Below are positions 38,015-51,591 of a stretch of DNA of 64,000 nucleotides, piece after piece. The position numbers and the translations under genes are program-made. The DNA comes from Octopus sinensis (lineage: Eukaryota). The stretch's first letter is position 1. Each line of letters starts with the position of its first letter. The notes below the pieces were generated by a model, which was given only the letters and a program-made list of their open reading frames with translations, did not search any database and was not told the origin of the DNA. The stretch lies in assembly GCF_006345805.1 (NCBI RefSeq), contig NC_043006.1:37386001-37450000 (forward strand), in the 5' to 3' direction.

Positions 38015-38051
<37 letters not shown>

Positions 38052-39379
38052 CAGACAGAGACAGACAGACAGAGACAGAGAGAAAGCAAACGTGTGTGTG
38101 TGCGCGCGTGCGCACAATTTAGGTCACCCGCTTTTCTCTAAAGATCACAGAACCCAGAGCAGCAGGGACGAACGAGAAGGAAAGAAAGCAGAGAAGAGTT
38201 ATTATAAGCTATAAAATAATAGTTTCATTGATTTCTTGCATGGAATTTTTTTTGATGTCGGACTCCACATAAGTTCAATATAAAAAAAAAACGAAACAAA
38301 TTCAAAATTAAACAGGCCCATAGGATAGTAAACAAAAAATATTCAGAATAAAAACAAAACCAATAAAATAAGAAAAAAAAACAAAAGAACTGTAAACGAA
38401 AGAATACTGATAATATCTTGAAAATTCCAGCCAACTCGGCAGAATTTGCAATAAGTTACACAAGAATTTCGTATATTGTTTGTTTTTTAATTTTTGGTTT
38501 TTTTTTGGTATTTTGGTTTTCTCTCGCCACTCCTAGAAATATGCAATCAATATCGAATGAAATGAAGAGCTTGAAGGTTGATGTTTTGGCTATATTATAT
38601 GTGTACGTGTATACGCACACACAATATGTGTGTGTGTGCATACATATATGTATACATATATTCATAATATATATATATATATATAGTCGTATGTATGTCT
38701 CTGTGTCTATGTGTATGTATGTATGTATGTATGTATGTATGTATGTATGTATGTATGTATGTATGTATGTATATGTTTGTGTGCGAGTAGGTATGTGTTC
38801 ATATGTGTATTAATGTATGTATATGTGTATACACACACACACACTTAACTGAAAGTTATGATTACTTTCAATGAAGTAAGTGTTCATATATAAATATATA
38901 TATATATATATTATACATGTGTGTGTGTATGTATGTATGTATGTATGTATGTATGTATGTATATATGTATATATATATGCATTATATAGATACATACATT
39001 CGTATTTATGTATGTTGTTAGATAGATAGATATAATGTGTCTTATATAATTATATACGTGTAGGTATATACTATTTTTGTTTTTAATGGTTAGAAAATTA
39101 CAAAAGCCTCCTAAGGCCGACAGTTTCACACTAACTTCAAATCTTTGAGTTCGTTTCATTGAATTTTTCTTGAAATGTTTAATTAAAAAATAAAATAATT
39201 TCGGAGATTCATGTGAAAACTGCGAAATTTCAAATAATCTGTTCTTTAAAAAATGGTATACATGAGAGAAGAAAAAAATGCAGACAAAATTATTGCATAC
39301 ACACGCATATGTGTGTGTATGTCAACCGCTGAAAACTACAACTTTTTCTCATTCGCTCTCTGTTTATTTTCTCTTATTC

Positions 39380-39415
39380 CTTTCTGTTGAAGAGCATAGG
39401 CTCGAAACATAAAAT
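39380..39415 (+). ncRNA. Minimal hammerhead-like fold, variant core CUGUUGA, in a pLTR-like repeat (39325-39500)
   Basis: UUU CUGUUGA A GAGC AUAG GCUC GAAA CA UA AAA; same family as 14019-14054. Confidence 0.48.
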
Positions 39416-39560
39416 ACTTTTTTCCTTTTTCCCGAGCGTCAAACTAATAAACTAGCTTTTTGTTCATATACCCGTCTTCGTCTTTTCCTTTTCTAGAAAT
39501 CTCAACTATACATGCATGCATACATACATACATACATACATACATACATACATACATGCA

Positions 39561-39592
<32 letters not shown>

Positions 39593-41695
39593 CATACATG
39601 CACAGATACACGCACAGATGCAACAGGACCATTTATGGCTTTAATAACATATTGATGTACTAACATATCCATAGAAATATGTGTAAAGAAATACAATTCA
39701 GTATATGTATTTACTTACGAACATACATAAGTGTGTGTGTGTCTATGTGTGTGTGTGTGTGATGATGATGATGATGATAATGATGATGATGACGATGACG
39801 ACGACGATGACGATGAGGTTGATGATGACGACGACGACTACGATGATGATGATGATGATGACGACGACGACGATAATGGTGATGATACAAAACAAAACAA
39901 AGAAAAGGGATTAATTGGTAGGGCATGACTATTAAAGCAAATAAATAAAATAACACAAAGCCTCAATCTAAATGTAAGCGGATTTGTGTAAACTGTGTTT
40001 AATCATCGTCATCACACAACATGATAGCAGCGATTGCTTCCTTACTTATTAATCCGTCCGCTGCAACTCCACTGTTTCTCAACTGCTTCTCTGCTGATTA
40101 TCCGTAACGTGAACGGGGGAGGTGGGGTTGAGTGGAGTTAGGGGTGGAGGTTAGTCGGTCGAAGCCCAAGGTTGGGAATGAGGGTAAACTTTGCGGTTCA
40201 GTGGCTTAAAGAAGAATCCTTCCCAACAAAGTGACGTACGCAATTATGCAACGATGCATGTAGCATTCACCTCTTAGATAATGATTCGCTGCCGACTCGA
40301 CACTGAATTTCGCCAATAATATTCACGAAAGAGAAAGCTGTTATAGTGTGCATACATATACACATACATAAATTCATATATACACACATACCACACACAC
40401 ACACACACTCACACACACACACACATATATATATATATACATACACACACATGGAGAGACAGAGACTGAGAGAGAGGGAGAGAGACAGACAGACAGATCG
40501 ATCGATAGATAGCTAGGTCGATAGATTGATAAGTTGAGAGATAGATGGATGGATGGATGGATAGAGAGACAGAGAGAGAGGGAGAGATAGAAGGAGAGAG
40601 AGGGAGATGAAAAAGAGAGAGAAGGAGAGAGAGAAAGAGAGATGATGATGTCTGCAATTCGATTTCGAGCATTTCTATCTTCTGATTGCACTCTTAAGAA
40701 GCGGTTCTCAGTCTTGCTGGGGACCTATACTCCTTTGCACAGAAAGCGCTAACGATGGGTGCCTCTTGCAGCAGGTGTTCAGACAGTTACCACCAACGCT
40801 GACTCATGCCTTCATTGTGTTACCACCAACGCTGACTCATGCCATCCATTGTGTGCGACTCATAACAGTGATGCTAAAATTCAAAAGCAAACGATACCTG
40901 TGCAAGCTTCTTACAGCGAGGAAAGGCTTTGTAAATGGCCAATTCTACTCCCTAAATCAGTTGTTCTCAACAAGGGTCTCCACGGCCCATGGAGTCTATA
41001 TGATTCATGGGGTTCACATGACATAATATATGATTTTGTTAAATTTATGTGCAGTAAATTATGCACAAAATATTTTTAGAATTTTTTTAATACAATTCCT
41101 ACTGATATTTAGATATAAAAAAATGTAATAGGATTTTTAAAACCTCAAATGACCATGAGGGCCCAGTAGAGAAAACAGAAATCAAAGAGGTCCAACTCCA
41201 TAGGAATAAATGTGGTTGAGAACCATTACTTTAAACAGTGTGAGCATTTGCCCAAAATGAACGCGTCTACATCATCGAATACAGACGATGTTGCAGATAT
41301 AATGATATAGGTACACACACACAACAGCTCGCATACACCCACATACCTGAACACACAAGCACATAGACACAGACACGCATGCACACACATTTATTCCACA
41401 CTCTAATATAGTTTGAACTTTCATAATAGCACTTCTCTTAGCAATCTGAATCTATTTATTATTTCATTCGTAATGGCACTTTAAGTAATATTTCAAACGT
41501 CTTATCTACATTAGTGCATAAGACATTTATATATCAATTCTCTGCAATTTAATTACTTGCAAGATCTTTTACAACTAAATTACTGTGTAGCATATATCTT
41601 TTAAATTTTGTACTACAATTTCATTCATTATATTATAGCGTAATAACATCAATGAAATATAATATATATATATATATATATAATATATATATCGG

Positions 41696-41854
41696 TGGAG
41701 GTGTGGCTGTGTTGTGAGAAGCTTGCTTCCTAACCACATGGTTCTGGATTCAGTCCCACTGCGTGACACTTTGGGCAAGTGTCTTCTACTATAGTCTCGG
41801 GCCGACCAAAGCCTTCAGAGTTGATTTGGTAGACGGAAACTAGAAGGAACCCGT

Positions 41855-41897
<43 letters not shown>

Positions 41898-42090
41898 GTG
41901 TGTGTGTGTGTATGGATGTATATATTTATGTGTGTGTCTTTGTGTCTGTGTTTGTCCCTTCACCATCGCTTGACAACTGATGATGGTGTGTTTACGTCAC
42001 CGTAATCTAGCGGTTCGACAAAAGTAGCCGATAGAATATTACCAGGCTTACAAGGAATAGGTCCTGTGTTCGATTTCTCCGATTAAAAGG
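41696..42090 (+). mobile_element. SINE family B, near full length
   Basis: GGTGTGGCTGTGTTGTGAGAAGCTTGCTTCC...GGATTCAGTCCCAC...CGCTTGACAACTG... Confidence 0.88.
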
Positions 42091-42094
42091 TTAT

Positions 42095-43262
42095 GTTTCT
42101 GCCAATGTTTACATCGGTATGCACGCTCTATAACCGTGTTTACAAGGGTGGTGTTTTTAGAAAAAAGAATAAAAAATAGTTCAGAATTACAAAGAAGAGA
42201 GAATTCCTTGCCTTTATCATTGGGTATCGAAATTGAGAGAATCAACAAATCTAAATTAAATTGTTTATTGTGGTCTTTTAGATACCGAATTAATTTACTA
42301 AGCCATGTACTGTTACGTTTATTCCTATACTTAAATCTAGAGTAACGATTAAAAATTATTTGTGCTGCCTATATAAAAAATACTTCATTACCAGAAGTAA
42401 TTTTGCACTGATATATAGAATTTTTAATTTTAGAGTTACTTGACATAAACTTGATTCTGTTATAATTGACTTTTGATACAATAACCTTGTTATTAATATT
42501 TCTAGGGAGATGGATGGTATTAGCTAAATTAATGTTAGTATTAGTAAATATATCCCTATTTAACAGGCTAATATTATGTGAGGAGATAATTTGTAAGAGA
42601 TTTTTTGTGTGTGAGTTGATAATAGAGTAATATCTAGAATTCTTTGCACGAAATTGCAAAAGAAGACTAAATTTAATTTGCCTCCCATAAGGAATAATTA
42701 ACCAAATAGTTTTACTATTAATTATTTTATTTTTAGTGTAACTATCTTTGAAAGACATAGATTTACCTTTAGAACGAAAATAGGGGTTTAAATAAGGGCT
42801 ATCTCTGTTCCTCTGTTTGGTGTTGGTGTATAAATTAAAATTGATATTGTTTATATCCTTACAACGAGATTTCATATCTCCATTAGTAAAGGTAGAATAA
42901 CATTGAATGGAATTAATGTAGGTAACTTTCTCTGTATAAGCTGCTTTAAGTAAGGTAGAGTTATAAAATTCAACCTTATCACTGAAAATGTCAACATTAG
43001 CAGATAACTTAGACAATCTAAATGAAATATTATTAACTAAGTTCCTTGTAATTGCCCTAGAATGATTACTGAATTTGCTAATATACTTAAGATTGGTCGA
43101 TGGTTTGTGGTATGGGAAGTATGAATTATTGTACGAGTTAAGTGTAATATCTAAAACGTTGGCCTTCGTTACAGCATCATCAAAAACGATGCTTAAGCCC
43201 ATTCTACGGAAAAAGTTAACTAAACTATTCTTAACTTTTTGTACTTTTTGGTTGGAACTTTA
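42095..43262 (-). mobile_element. Penelope-like element 3' part: RT thumb, linker and GIY-YIG endonuclease (degenerate)
   Basis: NVLDITLN..YFPYHKP..KYISKFSNHSRAI...ISFRLSKLS (PLE thumb, 'FLDV...SNHP..I..RL'), then SIYQCKITSGNEVFFI*...STWLSK...LC.SE.FFIL...RCKH (GIY-YIG with C-terminal Cys/His). Confidence 0.88.
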
Positions 43263-43500
43263 TAAAGTTTGACAATAAGTTGTAGGTCCGTAAGGACACA
43301 CCAGACGGTTTTGATGTTACAATGGGAAGTTCTGATTCAGCACAAGTAGCTGATTTAGCCTGCATATATATATACTTTTTGAAATGGCAGAACAGTTCTA
43401 AACATAAATGGAGGTCTATATCATGATGATTGGTTACTTTACCTTCAAAATGTTTCCGACCAAAATGTACAAAAACAAGGAATTACAACTTTTTTACTTG
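43263..43500 (+). mobile_element. Penelope-like RT core, inverted relative to the adjacent 3' part
   Basis: The plus strand gives *VRKDTPDGFDVTMGSSDSAQVADL...GGLYHDDWL..QNVSDQNVQK, matching the 'FDVTMGS.DGAE..ELVG' and 'GLYRDD' motifs. Confidence 0.88.
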
Positions 43501-44074
43501 TGTATTTTTTTTGCTACCCTGGTAACTATTTATCAATTTTTCCGTGTTAATTGTTAACAAGGGAAAAATACAGACATCTCTCTCTCTCCCTCATCTCTCC
43601 CTCTCTCCTCTCTCTCTCTCTCTCTCTCCTATATATATCCATATCTCTATATATATATATATACAAGTATGTATGTATGTACACTACAATTTACATATGC
43701 ATATGTATGTATGTGTATATATATGTGTGTGTGTGTGTCTGTCTGTGTGTATGTGTACAGAGAGAGAGAGAGAGACAGACAGAGACAGAAACATAGAAAA
43801 ATAGATAAACCAATACAGATACAGATTTAGACGACTGAATGATAGGTTTTGACGTTTTCTATGGTAAGGAACATCGGTCGGAAGGGACAGTCTCTTCTCA
43901 CTGCCTCTAATTCTGTCAAACACGTGACAAAGAAAAGTCTTGAATAGTTAAAACGCTCATCACTCAAAGCTATTTATAGTAGCTATAAACTTGGAGACAA
44001 CCTGTCGAATTTGCATAACAATCTATAATGTACATTAATTGAATTTATTTATCCATTCCGTGAAAATCTACTGA

Positions 44075-44420
44075 AAGCCAAATGTGTTCCACAAAAGATG
44101 CTTGAGAAAGTTTCTGATAACGTACCGAGAAGACCACGTAACCAATGAAGATATTCTGAAGAGAGCCAACACAACTTAACAGAATCTTCATGGAATGAAG
44201 ATTAAAACGAGCAGGTCATGTATTCCGGCGATCAGAACAACGCCATTCTATAAAACCTTTTAATAGGCACTAACTGAGGTGGGGGGGCTGAAAACAATAT
44301 GGCGCAGAGCAATCATAACTGACATGTGGGAGACCAATGCAGAGAAAACCGCATCCAACATAGACAGGTGGCTTCATCTTGCTGCCCAATGTGATCGAGG
44401 GCGCAGAAGGAACTGGTCCT
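44075..44420 (+). mobile_element. RTE-like LINE ORF C-terminal fragment
   Basis: FHKRCLRKFLITYREDHVTNEDILKRAN...RAGHVFRR, with frameshifts. Confidence 0.75.
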
Positions 44421-44575
44421 GATACAGATTCACCCATTATGCACAACACCAATGGCTCTCAACCGAGGTCCATATGGACCTTGGTGGGTGCGGATAAGAT
44501 TTTGTTGCTAAAAGTTATGTACAAGAAATTGCTTATACGTCTACAAAATATCTTAATTTTATTATATAATTCCAC

Positions 44576-44662
44576 GGGCATATGGCGTAGTGGTTAAGAG
44601 CGCAGGCTACTAACTCCAATATTCCTTGTTCGATTTCAGGCAGCGACCTGAATAACAACAAC

Positions 44663-44718
<56 letters not shown>

Positions 44719-44873
44719 CAACAACAATAATATCGAAAAATAACTTAGGAATGAGAACCCAGGTTCGAAATTTTCCCTAGCCACCTGATGAAGGCTGGAG
44801 AGTATATCAGCCGAAACGTTGTGTTAACAACAAACAAGATGAGGACAAATATCCATCAAATGTAAATAATGTA
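44576..44873 (+). mobile_element. tRNA-headed SINE-like element carrying a hammerhead fold, nested in a hAT MITE
   Basis: A box TGGCGTAGTGG (44583-44593), B box GTTCGATTTC (44628-44637), (AAT/AAC)n spacer, then a unique 3' module containing CTGATGA...GAAACGTT. Confidence 0.85.
44782..44823 (+). ncRNA. Minimal type-I hammerhead ribozyme fold with canonical core
   Basis: CAC CUGAUGA A GGCUG GAGAGUAUAU CAGCC GAAA CG UU GUG. Helix I is 3 bp, helix II is 5 bp, helix III lies in the palindrome AACGUU, and the cleavage triplet is GUU (44818-44820). Confidence 0.72.
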
Positions 44874-45249
44874 TATAAGAATCTGTTTGTTTTTTATACA
44901 TTGAATGGTTATGGAGGCCCAGTAGAGTAAAGCAGGAATCAAAGAACTCCATAGTGGAAAAGAATGGTTGATAACTACTGAACTACAGGATTTTTTAAAG
45001 AAACTTTATATATAAAGTGTACCTTTTATTAATAAACATACAATTTCAACTTTACTGTGAAAACAAAGTGATTACGTCAAAATCCTTATCTTTTCTCTCT
45101 CCGCGGATAAAACAAATTGGTGTTCTTTCTTTGATGAAAGTCTATTTATGCTAACACACATTGAATACATATAAATGCACATGCATATGAATATTGTTTC
45201 ATCGCATTGGCATTGGTTCGTGACGGGCGTGAGGTTGTACGTATGTGTC

Positions 45250-45269
45250 TGCTGTATGAATGTATGCAT

Positions 45270-45330
<61 letters not shown>

Positions 45331-45588
45331 TGTGTGTGTGTATTATATTGCATTATATCATACAACTCTGTGTTTCTGTTTAATGACAATGCACACTTTC
45401 ATTTATGCATGTCTATTAATAGATGCAAATACTGAGATCAATAAATGCGGGCCTGTACCACAAAAGATAACATTTATCATCCCCCAGCTAGTTCCATATT
45501 CTAATATATATGTGTACATGTGTGTGTGTATGGTGTGTATGCATATGTATGTATGTATGTATACATAAATGTGTATATATATATATAT

Positions 45589-45627
<39 letters not shown>

Positions 45628-46308
45628 TATATAAGTATGTGTATATATGTATATAAATATGCACGTATATGTATGTGAATGCATGCATACATATAAATAT
45701 AAATACATGTACATATATATATATATATTTGTGCGTATATGTATGCATCTATGTATGTGTGTGTATGTATGTATATGTATATCGATAACTGATTTTGTGT
45801 GTATGTAACGCTATTTTAGAAAATCGCTAACATGCATATATGCTGACCAGACAGACAGGCAGACAAATAGATATATATACACACACACGCGCGCAAAAAC
45901 ACACACTTGTACTCACATACACTCACGTACACACACACAGGCACAGGCATACCCACGTGTATTCACATATACGCACACGTACACACACACACAGACACAC
46001 CCACATGTACTCACATACACCCACACGTACACATAAATACATATATACATGCATGTATGTATGGGCATATGGAACGCTACTATATAAAGTCATTTATGCA
46101 CATACAACCACACACACCTCCACATACACACACGTACACAACCGCGCACATACACACACATATGTATGTATGCATGCATAAATGTATGTCTGCATGTATG
46201 TATCTATGCATGTATGCATTTATGTATGTAAATATGCATGTATGTATGCATGTATGTATGTATATAAGTATGTATGTATGCATGTATGTATGCATGTATG
46301 TACGTATG

Positions 46309-46353
<45 letters not shown>

Positions 46354-46685
46354 GCATGTATGTATGCATGTATGTATATATGTATGCATGCATATATGTA
46401 TATATTTATGTGTGGATGTATGCATGAATGTATGTATATATATATGTATGTATGTATGTATCTATATAAGTTTGTATGTATGTATGCATGTATGTATGCA
46501 TGTATGTACGAATGTATATATATATATATATGTATATATGCATGTATGCATGTATGTATGTATGAATGTATGTATATATGTATGCATGCATATATGTATA
46601 TATATATATGTATGTATGTATATGTATGTATGTATGTTATGTATGTATGTATTATGTATGTATGTATGTATGTATGTATGTATTC
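45250..46685. repeat. Compound (AT)n/(AC)n/(ATGT)n/(ATGC) microsatellite field
   Basis: Direct reading; source of the 362-aa MYVC pseudo-ORF. Confidence 0.95.
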
Positions 46686-48459
46686 AAATCTATCCTATCT
46701 GAGTATTTCTTTTAATATTAATGTTGTTGGTAATGAATTGTTGTTCCAGTTGATGCATTTCTGTTGTTTAGACAACACTGCAGGATATTGCAGTTCAGTA
46801 AACACATCAATCGCTATCATTTTGTTCTTAGTGCAGTGTTTGCTTATTCTTCATTTTGCAAAGAGACGAAACACGATGAGAAACACGAAGAAAACACAAA
46901 CAAAAAAACAAAAAACAAAAAGAGAAAGAAATTTAACGAAGGCAAAAAAAAAACCCCCAAAAAACAAAAATAACAATTGTGGAACCGAAAATTGATATGA
47001 ATAATATATTAAGAAAGCAGCAGTAACAAGCAAATGGAGTAGCTAGTGGCGGAGGTGGCGGCGGCTGTGGTGGTAGTGCTGCTCCTGCTGCTGCTGTTGA
47101 TGATGAGGATGATGATGATGACGACAATGTTTTCTTTTAGTTACATCAGGGGCATCAGATAAGAGGGACATTACAAGGACAGTTTACAATGTGCGCACAT
47201 TTTTTAGATATATTTTTATAAACGATGAGAGGAAGAAATGGAGAGGAGGAGGAAACAAGATAAATGTATACATAGTCTACAAAATATGTGAGCAAATCTC
47301 TAACTCTTGGTACGAGAGGACCTGCAACCAGAACCAGACAGGGAAATCCATAAATCCAGAATCACTCTGAACATCAAGGGCACAAGCCCTCGCTCAACTA
47401 TAAGCACGTGCTTAGAGCAGGTTTATTCATCTTAACCATTTTTGCCAGTCGTCCGACTTTAATAAATTCTCTGAAAGGGAGCTTTCTCTCTCCTTTCACT
47501 TTCACTTTACAAGGTGGTCTTTCCTCAATCTTTTCAACCACATTTACCACAAAACTTCTTTCATTATGGCCACTAGATCAGTGGTTCTCAACCATTTATT
47601 GCCTTTGGGCTCTTTTCGTTCTTATTTTATTCACGAGGACTCTCATAACCATTCAAAGTTCAAAGAACCCTATTATAGTTATATAATCAAATATTATCCG
47701 GCTCACGATCGTAAGATCGGTAGTTCGATTCCCAGTGGTTCGTTGTGTCCTTGAGCAAGACACTTTTTTACACGTTATTTCAGCCCATTCATCTGGTTAA
47801 AAATGAGCAGTACCTGTAATTTACTTTCTGTGTCACGCTGAATCACCATGAGAACTACGTTAAGAGTACACGTATCTGTGGAGTGCTCAGCCACTTTCAT
47901 GCTAATTTCACGGGCAGGCTGTTCTGTTGATCGGATCAACTGGAATCTTCGTCAGCATAACCGTCAGGGTTTCTTTTCTCTCTCTTTCTTTCTTTCTTTT
48001 TTTTTAGAATGGAACAGCGTGTCAGACAGAATCGCAGACAAGGTAGCAATATCGAACAATAATATTTGAATTTTCGAAGAAAACTTTGCTACTAGCAATT
48101 AATAAATGTACTGAAATATCAAACTGAATATTGTGGTTGTCCATGCGTTACAGAGTAAATAAGATAAAGAAAACAAGAAATAAAAAAATAACAAAATAAA
48201 AACGCATCAGCCAATCACAGACTGAGAATAAAATATTGGAGAAACAAGCAGAGAGAGGGGGTGGGGTGGAAATGGAAAACAACTACTAACATCAACAAAA
48301 ATAAGAGTTGCTTAAATATTAAAAATTAAGCGTGAATAAAATGAGACTGTGAAGAAAGACGAAGAAAATACAAAGAAACACTTAACAAAAAAAAAAGAAA
48401 AGAAAAATTTTGGGGAAGCTTTTAAAAGGAGGGAGTGGGGAATTATCATTTCTGCTAAA

Positions 48460-48662
48460 GGAACAAGACCTGGCGTTTTAGGGAGGGCGTAAGTTGATTA
48501 CATTGACCTCGGTGCTTGAATGATGCTTATTTTACCGACCCCGAAAGGGATGAAAAGCAAAGTCGACCTCGCCGTAATTTGAACTCAGAACGTAAAGAGC
48601 CAGACGAAATACAGCTAAGCACTTTGTCCGATGTGCTAACGATTCTGCCAGCTCACCGCCTC
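48460..48662 (-). mobile_element. SINE family A monomer
   Basis: AAAGTCGACCTCGCCGTAATTTGAACTCAGAACG...CTGCCAGCTCACCGCCT. Confidence 0.85.
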
Positions 48663-48741
48663 AGGTAGCGGCGCGGAGAATAAGAGAGAAAAATAGTGCA
48701 AACGCATTAATGAGAGAGAAAATATGTTTGTGTGTATGCAT

Positions 48742-48779
<38 letters not shown>

Positions 48780-49763
48780 GATGCCCCACTATCATTTGAC
48801 AACTGGTGTTGGTTTGTTTGCATTCCCATAATCTAGCAAAAAGAGAATCTAGCAAAAAGATAATCGGCAAAAAGAGAATGATAGAATAAGTACTGGCTCG
48901 ATTTGTCCAATGATAGAAACCATTAAAACTGGCGTGGTTGTGTGGTAAGAAGCTTGCTTCTCAACCACTGCGTGGTACCTTGGGCAAGTGTCTTCTACTA
49001 TAGCCTCGGGCCGACCAACGCTTTGTGAGTGGATTTGGTAGACGGAAACTGAAAGAAGCCCGTCGTGTATATATATTTATGTGTGTGTGTGTCTTTGTGT
49101 CTGTGTTTGTCTCCCACCATTATCGCTTGGCAACCGATGTTGGTGTGTTTATGTCCCTGAAGCTTAGCAGTTCGGCCAATGTACGAGAATAGGTCACGAA
49201 AGGGATTCGAAACGGTGTGTTCTCGAAAAAAAATAAATAACATAAAAACGGATTCCATTTTCGAAATTCTCATTATTCGGTTATAATGAATTAGAAAATT
49301 TAATTTGCTACGGGAAATAACTCAACTTTTAGATCGACAACTCATCCATTCCGTGTCTATCTCCATCAGGTTCTTTCTCTTTTATGCCTTTCTCCTCTCT
49401 CTATATATATTTATCATACTCTTTATCTCTTTGTATATATGTATATCTCTCACGCATTCCCCTACTCCCCCCCTCTCTCTCTCTTGATATGACGTAATTG
49501 CGTTCATTTTGTTTAAGACTTCGTCGTTCTAATGCTTACTTTCATTTTATGATAGTCAGATATCACGCAAAAAATGCTAGTTTCCAAATTTTGTTTTCCT
49601 GATTAGATAAAAATGATCATACTAACATTTTTTAACACTTTTCTTTTAGAACTGATGAATCACAAAACCCAATTCAGAGGAAAAACGTACATCAATATAA
49701 TAAATTTGAAAACTTACACTTAATTTCAAAATTTAAAAGTCTGTGAAAGCAACAGAAAAGATA

Positions 49764-49814
<51 letters not shown>

Positions 49815-50263
49815 TATATTTGTCTATCTTTTTCATTAACATTTTTTCGTTGTAAACGTCCCCTTCTCTATAAATATTGACCACGCTCTAACTCTCTACA
49901 TTTGTATATAGCTCATGTATGTGTGTGGGGGGCACGTGTATGTGTATAAGGAGTTCCATTAGGGTGACAGAGTCGAAAACTTTTCACAAAGCATCAGCAG
50001 CGTGCAGAGAATAATCCTCATATCTAGGCACCAAAAGGAAACACTACTTAGTTTCGCGATACATTATATATTGCCCCTAATAATACAGAAATCAGTCCTG
50101 ATCAAGAAGCCTATCCGTCGCAGAAGGCATCATCTGGCGTGGAGCAAAAACAAAAGAAAATCGAAATAAAGACATTCTCTTATGAAAATTGCCCAGCAAC
50201 GACGGGATACACAGCTAATATGTGTGTGTGTGCGCAAATATACATACATAAATACCTACATAC

Positions 50264-50328
<65 letters not shown>

Positions 50329-50984
50329 GATAGAGAGGATAGAGAGGGGGAGAGGGAGAGAGAGAGAAATAATAGAAAATGGAATGAACGACATTATTTA
50401 AAATCACTACACAGAAAATGGTTGCTTCCAATTTCTAGCATTCATCTATTTATATAAACTCTACCGATACTATGGAATCTCTGATGTATATCTTGCAGCA
50501 TTAGCGTTTCCTCTATATGATGACATCAGGTAGCCAATAACGTCGGACGAGCTTTGCATAACATCCAACAATTCGGGTTTTTTTTTTGTTTTGTTTTTTT
50601 ACCCAAAATGAAAACTAAGAAGTAACACAGAAAGTGAAAAAGAAAAATGTTTACTCATTAGTGTTTATAGGTTTACTCAACAGAGTGTACGCTTCCAACG
50701 AAGCGATATGTTTTTCCTGTGAATATCTGGGTCACGATGTAGTGTTTTGTAACTTCATACACACCGAAATATCGCATGGGATTTTTGCCTGAAAGCATCG
50801 GTTTTTCTGTCTCTGTCATCGATGTTTACATCATCTATCAATGTACGTCAACGCATGACTGCACACATTCATACATGCACACATACATACATACATACAT
50901 ACATACATACATACATACATACATACATACAGGTGTGCTCGTCTATATATATACACACACACCGAAACAGATGCACATATTTAT

Positions 50985-51056
<72 letters not shown>

Positions 51057-51066
51057 GTAGACGGAC

Positions 51067-51100
<34 letters not shown>

Positions 51101-51108
51101 TGACAGAC

Positions 51109-51159
<51 letters not shown>

Positions 51160-51164
51160 CGGAC

Positions 51165-51201
<37 letters not shown>

Positions 51202-51591
51202 TAAATAGATAGATAGATAGGCATAACTTTATACATGCTTCAATATATGTTTATATATGCACATACACTTATACATACATATGTATGCATGTTTAGATAC
51301 ACATGCAGTCATACATTCATGTATACATACATGCATAATGCATGTATGTATACATGCACGCACGCTCACACACACACACACACGCACACGCACACACGTC
51401 CCACTTCCCCTTCTCTTCATTACCACCTTGGCGAGGAAAGGCTCAGTTGTTCTGTCTTTTCCTCATTCTATGGACTTTGTCTCAAAAAGTTTTCTACGGA
51501 ATGCTGTTGTATATACCTCTCTGTGCTCCCAAGTGCTCATCAGCATGGCGCTCACTTCTGGCAGCCATCTTGCCTCCTTCCTGCCACAAGT

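Noticed and set aside
40265-40340. Possible minus-strand mini-exon ending AAGAG|GTGAAT
   Set aside because: The acceptor is weak and there is no homology; indistinguishable from chance.
44576-44648. Possible functional tRNA gene
   Set aside because: The acceptor and anticodon stems pair poorly and the sequence runs straight into a SINE body. The same applies to the heads at 21664 and 33768.
45907-46995. 362-aa ORF and the many other [12 protein letters not shown] ORFs
   Set aside because: These are translations of di- and tetranucleotide microsatellites.
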